The position numbers were made by a program, and so were the translations under genes. The notes beneath the pieces are model-generated. The model was not told where the DNA came from. It was given only the letters and a program-made list of their open reading frames with translations, and ran no database searches. A stretch of DNA of 64,000 bases. It comes from Bacteriovoracaceae bacterium (GTDB lineage Bacteria; Bdellovibrionota; Bacteriovoracia; Bacteriovoracales; Bacteriovoracaceae). Below are positions 29,957 to 39,397 of this stretch, piece by piece. The stretch is taken from the NCBI GenBank assembly GCA_018649885.1, contig JABIHA010000086.1, positions 62,001 through 126,000 on the forward strand, read 5' to 3'. The stretch's first letter is position 1, and each line of letters starts with the position of its first letter.

Positions 29957-30916
29957 ATCACCATAGAAGTCCTTTTATTAGTTTTTTCCCTAGTTATTCT
30001 CTATTTTGGAGCCGAGCTGGCGCTCAGCACTTCAGAAGTAGTGGGAAAGGCCTTGGGTCTTTCACCGCTCGTAATTGGGGTCTTTCTTGTGGGGCTTGGA
30101 ACATCTCTACCAGAATTTTTTGTCTCACACCTTGGGGCCCTTCGGGGAAGTAATGGCATCGCTCTCGGCAATATAATAGGGTCAAATTTATCCAATATCT
30201 TTCTTATCTTGGGTATTACGGGCCTTGTGAGCTCCCTTAATGTGAAGGGAAAAGATATGGTGATGCAAGTCTATCTTCACCTTCTTCTAACTGTCATTTT
30301 GGCCATTTTATTTATTTTCGATAGACTGTATTTTGTTTCTTCCCTCGTTTTGTTTACATTTTTTCTCTACTACGTTTTGCAAACATATCTAGATATGAAA
30401 AAGCATCACAAAAAAGGTGGAGAATTAGACAAAAATACAAGCTTTTTAGAACTTAGCAATCGCACTCGGTTGGTATTAGCTGTGAAATTATTCTTTGGTT
30501 TTTTTCTACTTTATTTGGGTGGAGAGTTACTCGTTGAGAATGGAAAAGCGATTTGCACCGAATTTGGCATCTCAGAGTTTATTGTTTCTGCTATTTTTGT
30601 TGCCTTTGGAACTTCTTTCCCTGAGCTTGTGACATCTCTACTTGCTTGCTACAAGAAAAAAGATACAGATTTGATACTTGGAAACCTAATTGGTTCTAAT
30701 ATTTTTAATGTGGCCTTTGTCCTTGGAACTATGGGTGGTTACAATATAGGCTTCGATCGTTCTTTCAAGGTTGAGTTGGGATTCTTACTGCTTGCTGCTA
30801 CTTTACTTATCATCATTCAAAGATTTAAAGAGACCTTCGGCAAGGTTGAGGGAGCGATATTCCTTAGCTGCTATATTGCTGTAGTCGTATATTGGGTCAG
30901 TAATATAAAATCATAA
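29957..30916 (+). CDS. Ca2+/Na+ antiporter (CaCA, YrbG-like)
   Basis: Two alpha repeats GTSLPE / GTSFPE and GN(I/L)IGSN; first TM lies upstream of the GTG at 30041, so the start is placed tentatively at ATC 29957. Confidence 0.85.
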   Translation: MTIEVLLLVFSLVILYFGAELALSTSEVVGKALGLSPLVIGVFLVGLGTSLPEFFVSHLGALRGSNGIALGNIIGSNLSNIFLILGITGLVSSLNVKGKDMVMQVYLHLLLTVILAILFIFDRLYFVSSLVLFTFFLYYVLQTYLDMKKHHKKGGELDKNTSFLELSNRTRLVLAVKLFFGFFLLYLGGELLVENGKAICTEFGISEFIVSAIFVAFGTSFPELVTSLLACYKKKDTDLILGNLIGSNIFNVAFVLGTMGGYNIGFDRSFKVELGFLLLAATLLIIIQRFKETFGKVEGAIFLSCYIAVVVYWVSNIKS

Positions 30917-30932
30917 GTATATTTTTTGAAAT

Positions 30933-31895
30933 TTAATCAACTAGAGTGCATTCGCGTTCATCATATTGGTATTCAGTAACAGTATCAAGTGCCACAACTT
31001 CAATCTTGTCTTCATCTCTTGAGGTGCTATTGTGAGTTTCGATTTTATCTAATAATATTTTTGTGGCGAGTACAGATCTTAAGTGAACATCGTGCATAAG
31101 CGATACTCCACCATGTTTATAAGAGGCATCAATTTCGACTTTAATAGGGGTCCAGATACCATCTTTTTTCATACGATCATAAAGAATCATTTCTTTGACT
31201 GCTGGTAGCATATTGAAAGTATTGAGAGCGATCATTTCAGAGGTCATCTTTTTAACCCAGTCATTGGTGTCGTAGTCCCAAAAAGCATAATTGAGACAAT
31301 TTTCACCGTAGAGTTTGTCACCAACTTTTTTTATACTATCTAAGTGGTGGTATCCACCATTTTTTCCGTATTCCCCATAAGGAAAGCGAAAGTAAATTTC
31401 TTTTCGTTCAATCCCTAAGCTGGCATAGACTTCTTCAACCGCCACGATAGATTTTGCCAAGTCACTTTCAAATAGGGTTTGATTTTCCTTGTTATTATTT
31501 GTGTGGTTCCAATCATGAGAGGCGAGAATATGCCCATCTTCGATTATTCTTTTGGCAACTTCAGGATATTTACTTAGGTTTTCACCCAGTACAAAAAATG
31601 TGGCAAATGCCTTTTGGCCTTCAGGCCTATCTTTATTGTATTCAGCGAAGATGTCTAATAGCTTATTTGTATAAGGACCAGGTCCATCATCGAAGGTTAA
31701 AACAATTTTATTTGATGGATAAATTGAAGGCGTAGGCCATATCGCCCTTTTCTTTGTTTTGTGGTAATCAACGTCTTTGTCTGCAAAATAATCGCCAAGC
31801 GTAACGCTTAACTCAGCTGTTCCAATATTTTGTTTACTACAAGAAATCAATACTAATAAAAGTACAATTAACTTTGAATTATTCACTGATCCCAT
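30933..31895 (-). CDS. Polysaccharide/peptidoglycan deacetylase (CE4/NodB) lipoprotein
   Basis: Lipobox LISC; LTFDDGP, ATFFVLG, H-x3-H (HDWNH), FRFPYG, LMHD. Confidence 0.9.
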   Translation of the reverse strand: MGSVNNSKLIVLLLVLISCSKQNIGTAELSVTLGDYFADKDVDYHKTKKRAIWPTPSIYPSNKIVLTFDDGPGPYTNKLLDIFAEYNKDRPEGQKAFATFFVLGENLSKYPEVAKRIIEDGHILASHDWNHTNNNKENQTLFESDLAKSIVAVEEVYASLGIERKEIYFRFPYGEYGKNGGYHHLDSIKKVGDKLYGENCLNYAFWDYDTNDWVKKMTSEMIALNTFNMLPAVKEMILYDRMKKDGIWTPIKVEIDASYKHGGVSLMHDVHLRSVLATKILLDKIETHNSTSRDEDKIEVVALDTVTEYQYDERECTLVD

Positions 31896-32060
31896 CCCCC
31901 TAAGGGCCTCAGACTACCAAAGTGCTTATAGATAAACAAATTGGACACGACGTGTTGTCTGTAAAAATGACTCAATTTTTATTATTTAGATAAGTTTTGA
32001 AGGGAAGTTAATTTTCAGTTAAAACAATTCCGAAGTGAGTTTAGGAAATGTAATAAGTTT

Positions 32061-32753
32061 TTGGACCATGATTTGAGCGAGAAAATTAAATTCACAGATA
32101 TTTTAGATATAACTAAGATGTTAGATAGTTTTAGTCATTACAAAAGTAAGTTTTCCATTTACCGTGACGATTACAAAAAAAGTCGTGGGGCGATAGTTAA
32201 TGTTAATAATTTTTCAAATGATTTGGCCATTAGGTATGAAGAAGAAGATGGTGAGTTTAGTTACGATCCAAGACAAAGGCTTTACCTAGCAAATGATAGA
32301 GAAAATATTCAATTTGAAGTTAAGGCACTTAAAGTATATAGCAAGTTGTTATATCTAAAATTTCCTGAATTTATTGAACTCACCGAACTACGTGCTGATC
32401 AAAGAATTCCTCTATTAAACAGAGATCTTTTCGTCGAATTTCACAATACGAATTTTCTAAAAGAGACTAGGCATAAAGTAGATGTGAAAGGTGTTCTCTT
32501 TGATATTTCAGAAGGGGGAGTCGGCATAATCGTTGATAAAAAACTCTTCCCAAATATGAATTTATACCATTTAGGAGATGAAGTTGAAATAACTTGTATT
32601 TCAGATAACCAGCTTGAAACTAAAATTCTAGGAAGAATGACCTATATTAAATTCCTAGAGCACACACCCCTTGATAACCACCTGCAACTTGGAATACGTG
32701 TCTATAATGGCAAAGACCTTCTTCATCAAATAGAAAAAAAAGAAGGTCTATAA
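32061..32753 (+). CDS. PilZ-domain c-di-GMP receptor (YcgR-like layout)
   Basis: RADQR (RxxxR) and DISEGG (DxSxxG). Confidence 0.8.
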   Translation: MDHDLSEKIKFTDILDITKMLDSFSHYKSKFSIYRDDYKKSRGAIVNVNNFSNDLAIRYEEEDGEFSYDPRQRLYLANDRENIQFEVKALKVYSKLLYLKFPEFIELTELRADQRIPLLNRDLFVEFHNTNFLKETRHKVDVKGVLFDISEGGVGIIVDKKLFPNMNLYHLGDEVEITCISDNQLETKILGRMTYIKFLEHTPLDNHLQLGIRVYNGKDLLHQIEKKEGL

Positions 32754-32761
32754 GGCGTGGT

Positions 32762-33919
32762 TTACTTAAGTAAAAGGTAGAAAATATTTCCAAAGTCATG
32801 GGTGTTAAATGCAAACCCTTCAGCATCTTTTCCGAAGCCCATATAAAGGTCCGCTCTGGCTTCTCCCTTGATGGCACCGCCTGTATCTTGATCAATGAAA
32901 AATCTTTCAAAGAGTTGTTTACTAGAAAATTTTCCACTTGCATCTTTTGAGGGAAGTTGTCCATTTACAAAACTAATAAGCCCTTTTTGACGATATAAAC
33001 CAATATCTTGAGCAATTGATCTTCCTTCAGTGAGAATAATTCCGTCAACACCGAGAGGCTCGTGGGTGGTGAATTTAAAATAGATGTATGATGGGCAAAC
33101 AGAAAAAATATCTCTGTGGTGTTCTGGGTGTTCACCTATATACTTTCTTTGGATACTGCTACTGGCATTTTTTATATATCCTTGTTTGAGCATATGTTTG
33201 AATAAAAAACTAAATTTTCGTTTATTCGATCCATCATAGCTTAAGTAAAATCTCTTTGATGAGCCGTCCTCATAAACCATTTTTAAGGCCCCGCCACCTT
33301 GGACGTGTAAAATATATTGGTCAAAGAGGTTTTCAACATATCCAAGCTCAAGACCAAGGCCTGCAAATTTTCCTTGAAAATCAATTTGATCTCTAGTTGA
33401 TCTAGCTAGGGCCGAATCACTAGGTTTTGCATAAATCGGATACTTGAAATCAGGTCTTTCAAACGGTCTAGATTCTAACTCAGGTGAGTAGTAGGCGGTG
33501 AATCTAGCTGACTTTGATTTTCCAAACCTTTCATGGGCCGCAGGAATTTTAGGCCTGAATATATTAAATTCACTGATAATATCTTCATTTAATTTTTCCA
33601 TGCAATCAGATCGGCTGGAACCCTCAAGACATTTTTTAGCACTCTCAGTTAAGACATTAAACCTTTCAAGAGAGCTAATAAGATGAGATATCCCGTAGGC
33701 CTTGCCACCAACAGTAATAGTATTTGAAGCACTTTGCCTGCGCAGAACTTTTAATTGTCTGTTTATGGCAGTGGACATATTTTCGAAATCCATATTGTCT
33801 TCGAAACTTGGAATTTCAGCAGCTGGCACAATTTCTGTTGGAGTGGAAAAATTCTTGGCATGAAGTAAATTTGCAGTGGCAAATACAGTGACGGCAATAA
33901 GTAGAATCTTATAAGGCAT
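32762..33919 (-). CDS. mltA: Membrane-bound lytic transglycosylase A
   Basis: FTAYYSP, LHVQGGG, PSYIYF, DQDTGGAIKG..RADLYMG. Confidence 0.9.
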   Translation of the reverse strand: MPYKILLIAVTVFATANLLHAKNFSTPTEIVPAAEIPSFEDNMDFENMSTAINRQLKVLRRQSASNTITVGGKAYGISHLISSLERFNVLTESAKKCLEGSSRSDCMEKLNEDIISEFNIFRPKIPAAHERFGKSKSARFTAYYSPELESRPFERPDFKYPIYAKPSDSALARSTRDQIDFQGKFAGLGLELGYVENLFDQYILHVQGGGALKMVYEDGSSKRFYLSYDGSNKRKFSFLFKHMLKQGYIKNASSSIQRKYIGEHPEHHRDIFSVCPSYIYFKFTTHEPLGVDGIILTEGRSIAQDIGLYRQKGLISFVNGQLPSKDASGKFSSKQLFERFFIDQDTGGAIKGEARADLYMGFGKDAEGFAFNTHDFGNIFYLLLK

Positions 33920-33951
33920 TTTTTCCCCTTCATTCAGAAATAGTTTTTCTA

Positions 33952-33980
33952 AAACTAGGTAAGCAGCGGGGTCTTGTCAA
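33952..33980 (-). promoter_or_regulatory. Candidate sigma70 promoter for mltA
   Basis: Minus strand TTGACA-N17-TAGTTT. Confidence 0.45.
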
Positions 33981-33985
33981 TTGAG

Positions 33986-34519
33986 CTACAAGGACTTGAC
34001 TAGAATGACTATTTGCGTTGCGCTTATTTTCATGGTTTTGAGTGGGGCAAGTCCATTTTTTTCATAAAACTTCTGACTAGGGTGTTCCAATGCGGTTATG
34101 ACATGAACTCCTGGACAGTTTTGATCAGTGAGTATTTTAAACAGTTCTTGTAAGGCGATTTGCCCACAGCCTTTTCCCCGGGCATTTTCTGATAAATTAA
34201 TATGAAAATGTGCTGGGTAAGTTGCAAATATATCTTCAAATTCAGCTACATATTTTTGCATTTCAAGTTGATCTAGATAGGGGGTTGTTTGATCAGCTCC
34301 AAGTAAGTAGCCAATGGGGTGATTATCACTTTCAATGGCAAAACTTAAATGAGGGAAATATTTCACATAGAAATCAAAGTACTTATACTCAAATTCGCTT
34401 TTTTTCTTTTCGCTTTCAAAGTCTGTTTTAACGGAGCTTTCCCAAAAGATAGACTTTAATTTTTCAATTTTTTGGGAAGGATATTCTGAAATTTTTATCA
34501 GTTGTACATCATTACTCAT
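33986..34519 (-). CDS. GNAT family N-acetyltransferase
   Basis: YPAHFHINL..ARGKGCG, GVHV...FYEKNG; ATG overlapping the smpB end. Confidence 0.8.
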   Translation of the reverse strand: MSNDVQLIKISEYPSQKIEKLKSIFWESSVKTDFESEKKKSEFEYKYFDFYVKYFPHLSFAIESDNHPIGYLLGADQTTPYLDQLEMQKYVAEFEDIFATYPAHFHINLSENARGKGCGQIALQELFKILTDQNCPGVHVITALEHPSQKFYEKNGLAPLKTMKISATQIVILVKSL

Positions 34520-34970
34520 ACTGACCACGTTGAAGTTTTCTTTCAACATCTTTTTTAGCTTGGTCATGCCTTTTATCGTGCTGTTGTTTCCCTTTTCCAA
34601 GAGCTATCTCAATCTTGACTTTGCTTCCTTTGAAATAAAGCTTGGTGGGGACAATCGTATAGTTTTGCTTTTTTTGCTCTAATTCAATTTCTGCGATTTC
34701 TTTTTTTCCAAGGAGAAGTTTTCTGGTTCTATTTTCAAGTTCATTGTGAATATTTCCAAACTCATAGTGGGCAATATACATATTTTGGATCCAAACTTCA
34801 CCAGAGCTATCAACTTTAATCCAAGCGTCAGCAATTTTTGCTTTTCCACCACGGATGCTTTTAACTTCGACGCCCTTTAAGACAATCCCTGCTTCATATT
34901 TCTCAAACAAGAAGAAATCAAAATGGGCACGTTTGTTTTTATCTACAATTTTTATTCCACCTGCCATCAA
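34512..34970 (-). CDS. smpB: SsrA-binding protein
   Basis: NKRAHFDF..EKYEAGIVLKGVEVKSIR, RTRKLLL, GKGKQQHDKR. Confidence 0.97.
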   Translation of the reverse strand: MMAGGIKIVDKNKRAHFDFFLFEKYEAGIVLKGVEVKSIRGGKAKIADAWIKVDSSGEVWIQNMYIAHYEFGNIHNELENRTRKLLLGKKEIAEIELEQKKQNYTIVPTKLYFKGSKVKIEIALGKGKQQHDKRHDQAKKDVERKLQRGQYE

Positions 34971-34981
34971 TATGTTTCCAT

Positions 34982-36307
34982 TTAGATTTTCATTGTAAGG
35001 CCCATAGTCCCAACTAGGATATGACCTCCACCTTTATAGCCTGGTGTTCCTACTTTGTCTCCACTTGATCCATCCTCTCTGCCAGTGGACTTGGTGATAT
35101 TTTTCTTTTCCAGCTTGTGATATTGCATACCTAGTGAGCCTTCAAAGGTTTGCCCAAAAAACTTTTTCTCAAGGCTTCCACCACCAGTGAGAATCCAGGT
35201 ATTAAAGTCAATGGAGTTTGCAGATCCTGAAAAGTTTCCCTTGAGAGGAGTTTGACGGTAAATCAGCCCTGAACCAAGTTTCATGGAATCTGTAACTTGA
35301 GCATTGACGCCAAGTTTTGGAACGAAAATATTTCTGAGATCAAGGGTTTCGAGTATTTTTGAAGAAACTATCACTCCGCCATCTTGTTTGAGGTGAGCAA
35401 TTGGTGGTCTATAGTTATCCCATTTTTGCCATTCAAGGGACGCCTGCAAATTTACTATTTTTGCTAAATTAAGGTGACCTCCAAATCTTAGTGTCATGGG
35501 ATCATAGAAGGCCAGTGAGTTGAGCTCTATGGCAAAGGGAACAGAAGGGTCATCACTGGCCCCACCGGCTTTTCCTTTAAGTTTTGATTTCATTTCTTGG
35601 ACTAGAGTAAAATAGGCATCCCAATCTCTTTCTTTGTAAGCAATGGAGGCAATACCTGCTAGAGTTGGCTTGGCCTGGGCCTTAGATCTTGCCCATGAAC
35701 TATAACCACTTTTATCTGCGCCAACTCTGGCATAAGTATATAAATCCATACTCACTTGAAAGCCATTATAAGCACCGATAGATACCGCTAAATTATCTGT
35801 AAAGGCGTAAGAGATATTGAAAAAGGCTTGGGCCCTTTTGTAGCGACTTCGATACATTACATATTCTGGATTGAAGGGGTCACCTGAGTTGACCTCCATA
35901 ATATATTTTCCTGGAGCAAAAAGACTAAAACCTATCTTTGGACCAGTGGGTTTTAATATAGGAAGCGAGGCATGAATGGCATTCATCCACAAGACACCAT
36001 CATTGACATCAACATCATGCTTTCCATTTGGCCATGTAAGGGAGCTTCTAGTCCAGGTGTTTTCCACTGTTACATTTTTTATTTCTTCGAAGTAGGTGTT
36101 GACCAAGTATGTGGATACTCCAAGGTTAACATTTCGTGAAAAGCCTAATAGGGCAGGAGCATAATAGTTATTTGCAGGCTCTTCCACATCACTTGAGGCC
36201 TGAGAGCCGAATGAACTAGTTGAGGCGGATGCTCCAAACATTTCTGGAAAACTTGCAAAGGACAAATTTGGCAGTAGGAGTAGGGAGAGGAACGCTAATT
36301 TTCGCAC
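34982..36307 (-). CDS. FadL/OmpP1/TodX-family outer-membrane channel
   Basis: Signal peptide, hatch-like N-terminus with NYYAPALL, amphipathic beta strands; GTG start after GGAGG. Confidence 0.65.
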   Translation of the reverse strand: MRKLAFLSLLLLPNLSFASFPEMFGASASTSSFGSQASSDVEEPANNYYAPALLGFSRNVNLGVSTYLVNTYFEEIKNVTVENTWTRSSLTWPNGKHDVDVNDGVLWMNAIHASLPILKPTGPKIGFSLFAPGKYIMEVNSGDPFNPEYVMYRSRYKRAQAFFNISYAFTDNLAVSIGAYNGFQVSMDLYTYARVGADKSGYSSWARSKAQAKPTLAGIASIAYKERDWDAYFTLVQEMKSKLKGKAGGASDDPSVPFAIELNSLAFYDPMTLRFGGHLNLAKIVNLQASLEWQKWDNYRPPIAHLKQDGGVIVSSKILETLDLRNIFVPKLGVNAQVTDSMKLGSGLIYRQTPLKGNFSGSANSIDFNTWILTGGGSLEKKFFGQTFEGSLGMQYHKLEKKNITKSTGREDGSSGDKVGTPGYKGGGHILVGTMGLTMKI

Positions 36308-36320
36308 AGTATCCTCCATG

Positions 36321-36360
36321 ACGATAACTTTTTTACGATAACTTCATTACGAATAAACTT
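36321..36360. repeat. Three direct repeats with 14-bp period upstream of the FadL-like gene
   Basis: ACGATAACTT at 36321 and 36335, ACGAATAAACTT at 36349. Confidence 0.7.
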
Positions 36361-36415
36361 TCACTTTATTTAAGCAAATACCAGGCACTAGGGAAAGAGA
36401 AATTAGGGCCTGATT

Positions 36416-37303
36416 CTAATTTTTAAGGAAATCAGTGAAAAGAGTCTCAAGCTTATTTTCTAATCTTTGTTCTTTTTTCACCAAATACAGAGGGGATTCA
36501 ACTTTTTTACTGTTTTCAAACAATCTTATGAGCTTCTTTTTTTGAAGCTCTTCTTTGACCAGATAGGAGGGGAGAACTGCAAGGCCCAGACCGTCCAGTA
36601 CTAGACGCTTTATTCCCTCATAACTTTGAATAATCAAGTGAGGGCTCTCTTTTTTAAGCTTTTTGTAAGCCGACTCGGAGTTGATTTTCAACCAAGGTGC
36701 AAGAAGAGAGAAGTCTTCTCTGAAGTCAATTAGTTCAAAGTTAATGATCTGTTGATATTGATTGGGTTTTCCTTTTTTTTGCAAATATTTGGGAGAGGCC
36801 AGTAGGTAGAATGACTCACTTGAATACTTAGATATTTGAAAAAGTCCGGGATTTTCTACTCTGGCCAAAATACCTAGAGTTATTTCATTGGTAATTAGTT
36901 TTTGCTCTATAATTTCACTGGGGGCATAGCTCACAGTGAGGTCAACATGAGGATAGAGTTTTCTGAATTTGCCTAATTTTTGAGTCAGAATACGATTTCC
37001 ATATTCTGGAATAACACCAAACTTAATGTGGCCTGTATGGGTTAGAGAATCCTTGTGAAATTGTTCAAGAAATTGGTCAATATTCCCCAGCTTTTGATCT
37101 GCTAAGTGGTAAATTTTCTCACCCGCGGGAGTTAAGAAAACCTTGCCCGATTTTCTATGGAGAAGAGAAATTCCAATTTCTTCTTCAAGTTGCTGAATTT
37201 GCTGAGTAATTGCAGGCTGTGTTCTGAATAATATCCTGGCGGCTTTAGAGATGGAGCCTACCTGGGCAACAATAGTAAAGGTTTTTAGTTTGTTATAGTC
37301 CAT
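36416..37303 (-). CDS. LysR family transcriptional regulator
   Basis: GSISKAARILFRTQPAITQQIQQLEEEIG HTH; LTPAG; GLGLAVLP. Confidence 0.95.
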   Translation of the reverse strand: MDYNKLKTFTIVAQVGSISKAARILFRTQPAITQQIQQLEEEIGISLLHRKSGKVFLTPAGEKIYHLADQKLGNIDQFLEQFHKDSLTHTGHIKFGVIPEYGNRILTQKLGKFRKLYPHVDLTVSYAPSEIIEQKLITNEITLGILARVENPGLFQISKYSSESFYLLASPKYLQKKGKPNQYQQIINFELIDFREDFSLLAPWLKINSESAYKKLKKESPHLIIQSYEGIKRLVLDGLGLAVLPSYLVKEELQKKKLIRLFENSKKVESPLYLVKKEQRLENKLETLFTDFLKN

Positions 37304-37405
37304 AAGAAAAACTTTATTAATTTCGAATAAGTTCTAATTTTATTTATATGTAACATCGTGCGATAAGTAAAGGGTGAGAGTAATCTAGCAAAAGGAGTCT
37401 CTAAG

Positions 37406-38158
37406 ATGAATGCAAAAAAATGGCTTAGGTTAAAAGGAATTGAAAGTATATGGTCTTCTGCTGAGGGAGCATCACTTCTTTTAAGTGTTATGGCAGACGG
37501 TGAAACGGCTTGCAATGGCGAGGTCGATATACTCGGGCCTATAAGTGAGTATATTGGTCCTGGACCTCTCCAAAATATGGTCTATGCCCATATTGAAGAT
37601 GAACACAGGCATAGCGATATGATTTTGGGCCACTTGAAAAGTATAGGCATGAGTCCACGCTATGTGCAAGATGAGCTAAGGTATGCCAAGGCCTTTAGTA
37701 GGGAGCTAGAAATTTTTCAAAGAGGGATTCAAGATGACGAAGATCTTGCAATTATGGCGCTTATTGTAATGGTTTTTGAAGAGCGCGCCATAAGTGAGTA
37801 TGAATTGTTACTTGTGTCGAGGGTCATCCCAGAAGAATTTAAAGAAATCATACAAGAGATCATTAGAGATGAAAAACGTCACCTCGGCTATTGTTTGAGA
37901 CTTGCAAATTCTTATGTGTCAGATTCACTTCTTCTAAATATGTTACTCAGTAAAATAAGAACTCTTGAGGCAAAAGTTTTTTCCAGATATAATATGGAGA
38001 CTCTGAGGGTTTTTACCTCTAGAGACTGTATGGGAAAGGGGAGATGGCACAGAGTATGGAAGTTTTTGGCCAGCTCATCACGTACAACATTTGGTTTACC
38101 AGATTATACAAGATTCTTTCACACCAGTTTTGATGATTTGGGAAAAATATCGCGTTAA
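37406..38158 (+). CDS. Ferritin-like diiron-carboxylate protein of unknown function
   Basis: E...EDEHRH...FEERA...RDEKRH (E/ExxH/E/ExxH) four-helix ligand pattern; AAGGAG RBS. Confidence 0.75.
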   Translation: MNAKKWLRLKGIESIWSSAEGASLLLSVMADGETACNGEVDILGPISEYIGPGPLQNMVYAHIEDEHRHSDMILGHLKSIGMSPRYVQDELRYAKAFSRELEIFQRGIQDDEDLAIMALIVMVFEERAISEYELLLVSRVIPEEFKEIIQEIIRDEKRHLGYCLRLANSYVSDSLLLNMLLSKIRTLEAKVFSRYNMETLRVFTSRDCMGKGRWHRVWKFLASSSRTTFGLPDYTRFFHTSFDDLGKISR

Positions 38159-38780
38159 ATGCCTTGGAGTAGTTATTAACTTAGGTGAAAAACTCTTACC
38201 TGTGAGAAAAATGGCACACTTTACCTATGGTATGGGTATTTTTTTTCTCACCTATTTCTTAGGTGATTTTTTACTTGTAAAGTCTATCTTGATTTCGATC
38301 TGTATTTTGGGTGTGAGTCTTGAACTCTTGCGTTTTAAAGTTCCTGGTGTGAATGGTTTTATTTCTAAAATAGGAAGGTCTTTTTTACGGGAATCAGAGG
38401 TTCATAAATTTACAGGGCTAACTATGTTTACGGTGGGGATTACCGTAAGTTATCTTGTTTTTCCCTATCCCATTTTTTTACTCTCATTATTTACTCTTTC
38501 AATTTGTGACCCTCTCGCTTCTATTGCAGGGCAGATGTTTGGCGGAGCAACCATCTACTTAGAAAAAACTTGGGCGGGAACTTTTTGTTTTTTAGTTACA
38601 TCATTTATTATAGCGGTTGTATTCTTTTCAAAAGGACTACTCGCAGCTTCAATTGGCTGGCCATTAATTGCTTTCATCATAGCCGCTGTGGGGACTGTAT
38701 GTGAATTAGCGTCAAGCCATCTAGATGACAATATCACGATTCCTCTTGGCGTTGGACTTGTCGCCATGGTTTTCAGTTAA
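38133..38780 (+). CDS. CTP-dependent polyprenol/phytol/diacylglycerol kinase family membrane protein
   Basis: RKMAH, LRESE, CDPLASIAG, KTWAGT, LDDNITIP; exact start uncertain. Confidence 0.85.
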   Translation: MIWEKYRVKCLGVVINLGEKLLPVRKMAHFTYGMGIFFLTYFLGDFLLVKSILISICILGVSLELLRFKVPGVNGFISKIGRSFLRESEVHKFTGLTMFTVGITVSYLVFPYPIFLLSLFTLSICDPLASIAGQMFGGATIYLEKTWAGTFCFLVTSFIIAVVFFSKGLLAASIGWPLIAFIIAAVGTVCELASSHLDDNITIPLGVGLVAMVFS

Positions 38781-38783
38781 TAT

Positions 38784-39149
38784 TTATTTGCAGCTGCCAG
38801 GAAAAAGTTGGTAGTAAGTGTCACTAGTTTTTACATCTTTCAAAAGAATCTTTGCCTCAAATTTAAAAGGTTTAAACTGCTCCTGGGCCTCTGGTAAGTG
38901 GGTGATCATAGCGCTAAAGCAATTTGTAAGTTCATTTTTCTGGGTCTCTGGCATGCAGAGATAGTGAATAAATCCTTGAACTAAAATTCCAAAACACCAG
39001 GATTTCTTTTTGAGTAATTTACTAATCCTTTTATGAGAGTAGAGTCGATTGAAGGAATTTGGCCTTATCTCAAATTTATTTTCTTTTGGTGTGGCAGCGA
39101 TTAGCAGAAAAAATAAGGGGATGGTTAAGATAAATTCTTTCATGCCCAA
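38784..39149 (-). CDS. Hypothetical secreted protein
   Basis: 121-aa ORF with signal-peptide-like N-terminus. Confidence 0.5.
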   Translation of the reverse strand: MGMKEFILTIPLFFLLIAATPKENKFEIRPNSFNRLYSHKRISKLLKKKSWCFGILVQGFIHYLCMPETQKNELTNCFSAMITHLPEAQEQFKPFKFEAKILLKDVKTSDTYYQLFPGSCK

Positions 39150-39163
39150 AGTATATCACAAGG

Positions 39164-39189
39164 AAAAAAGGGGATGAATTCTCATCCCC
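39164..39189 (-). terminator. Intrinsic terminator
   Basis: GGGGATGA / TCATCCCC 8-bp stem, 4-nt loop, T6 run on the minus strand. Confidence 0.6.
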
Positions 39190-39397
39190 CTTCTTCAAAA
39201 ACTACACTCCGGCCCTATTTTCTACGCACAATAGATTTTCTCAATAGCTAGATAATCTTCGAATGATATGAGTTGAAAATGTACTAAAAGACCGTCTTTT
39301 CCCAGGGGAGAATGGTTTTTGCCGGGGACAATTTGAAACTGAGTAATTTAATTTTGAGATATTTCAATGACATTGGAATGGGGCATTTTGGCCACTG

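Noticed and set aside
34512..34970. tmRNA gene or integration site near smpB
   Set aside because: The flanks are fully coding; no ssrA-like ends or integrase were seen.
37302..37317. LysR T-N11-A box at the lysR start
   Set aside because: The dyad is ATAA-N8-TTAT, one base off the canonical spacing, in very AT-rich DNA.
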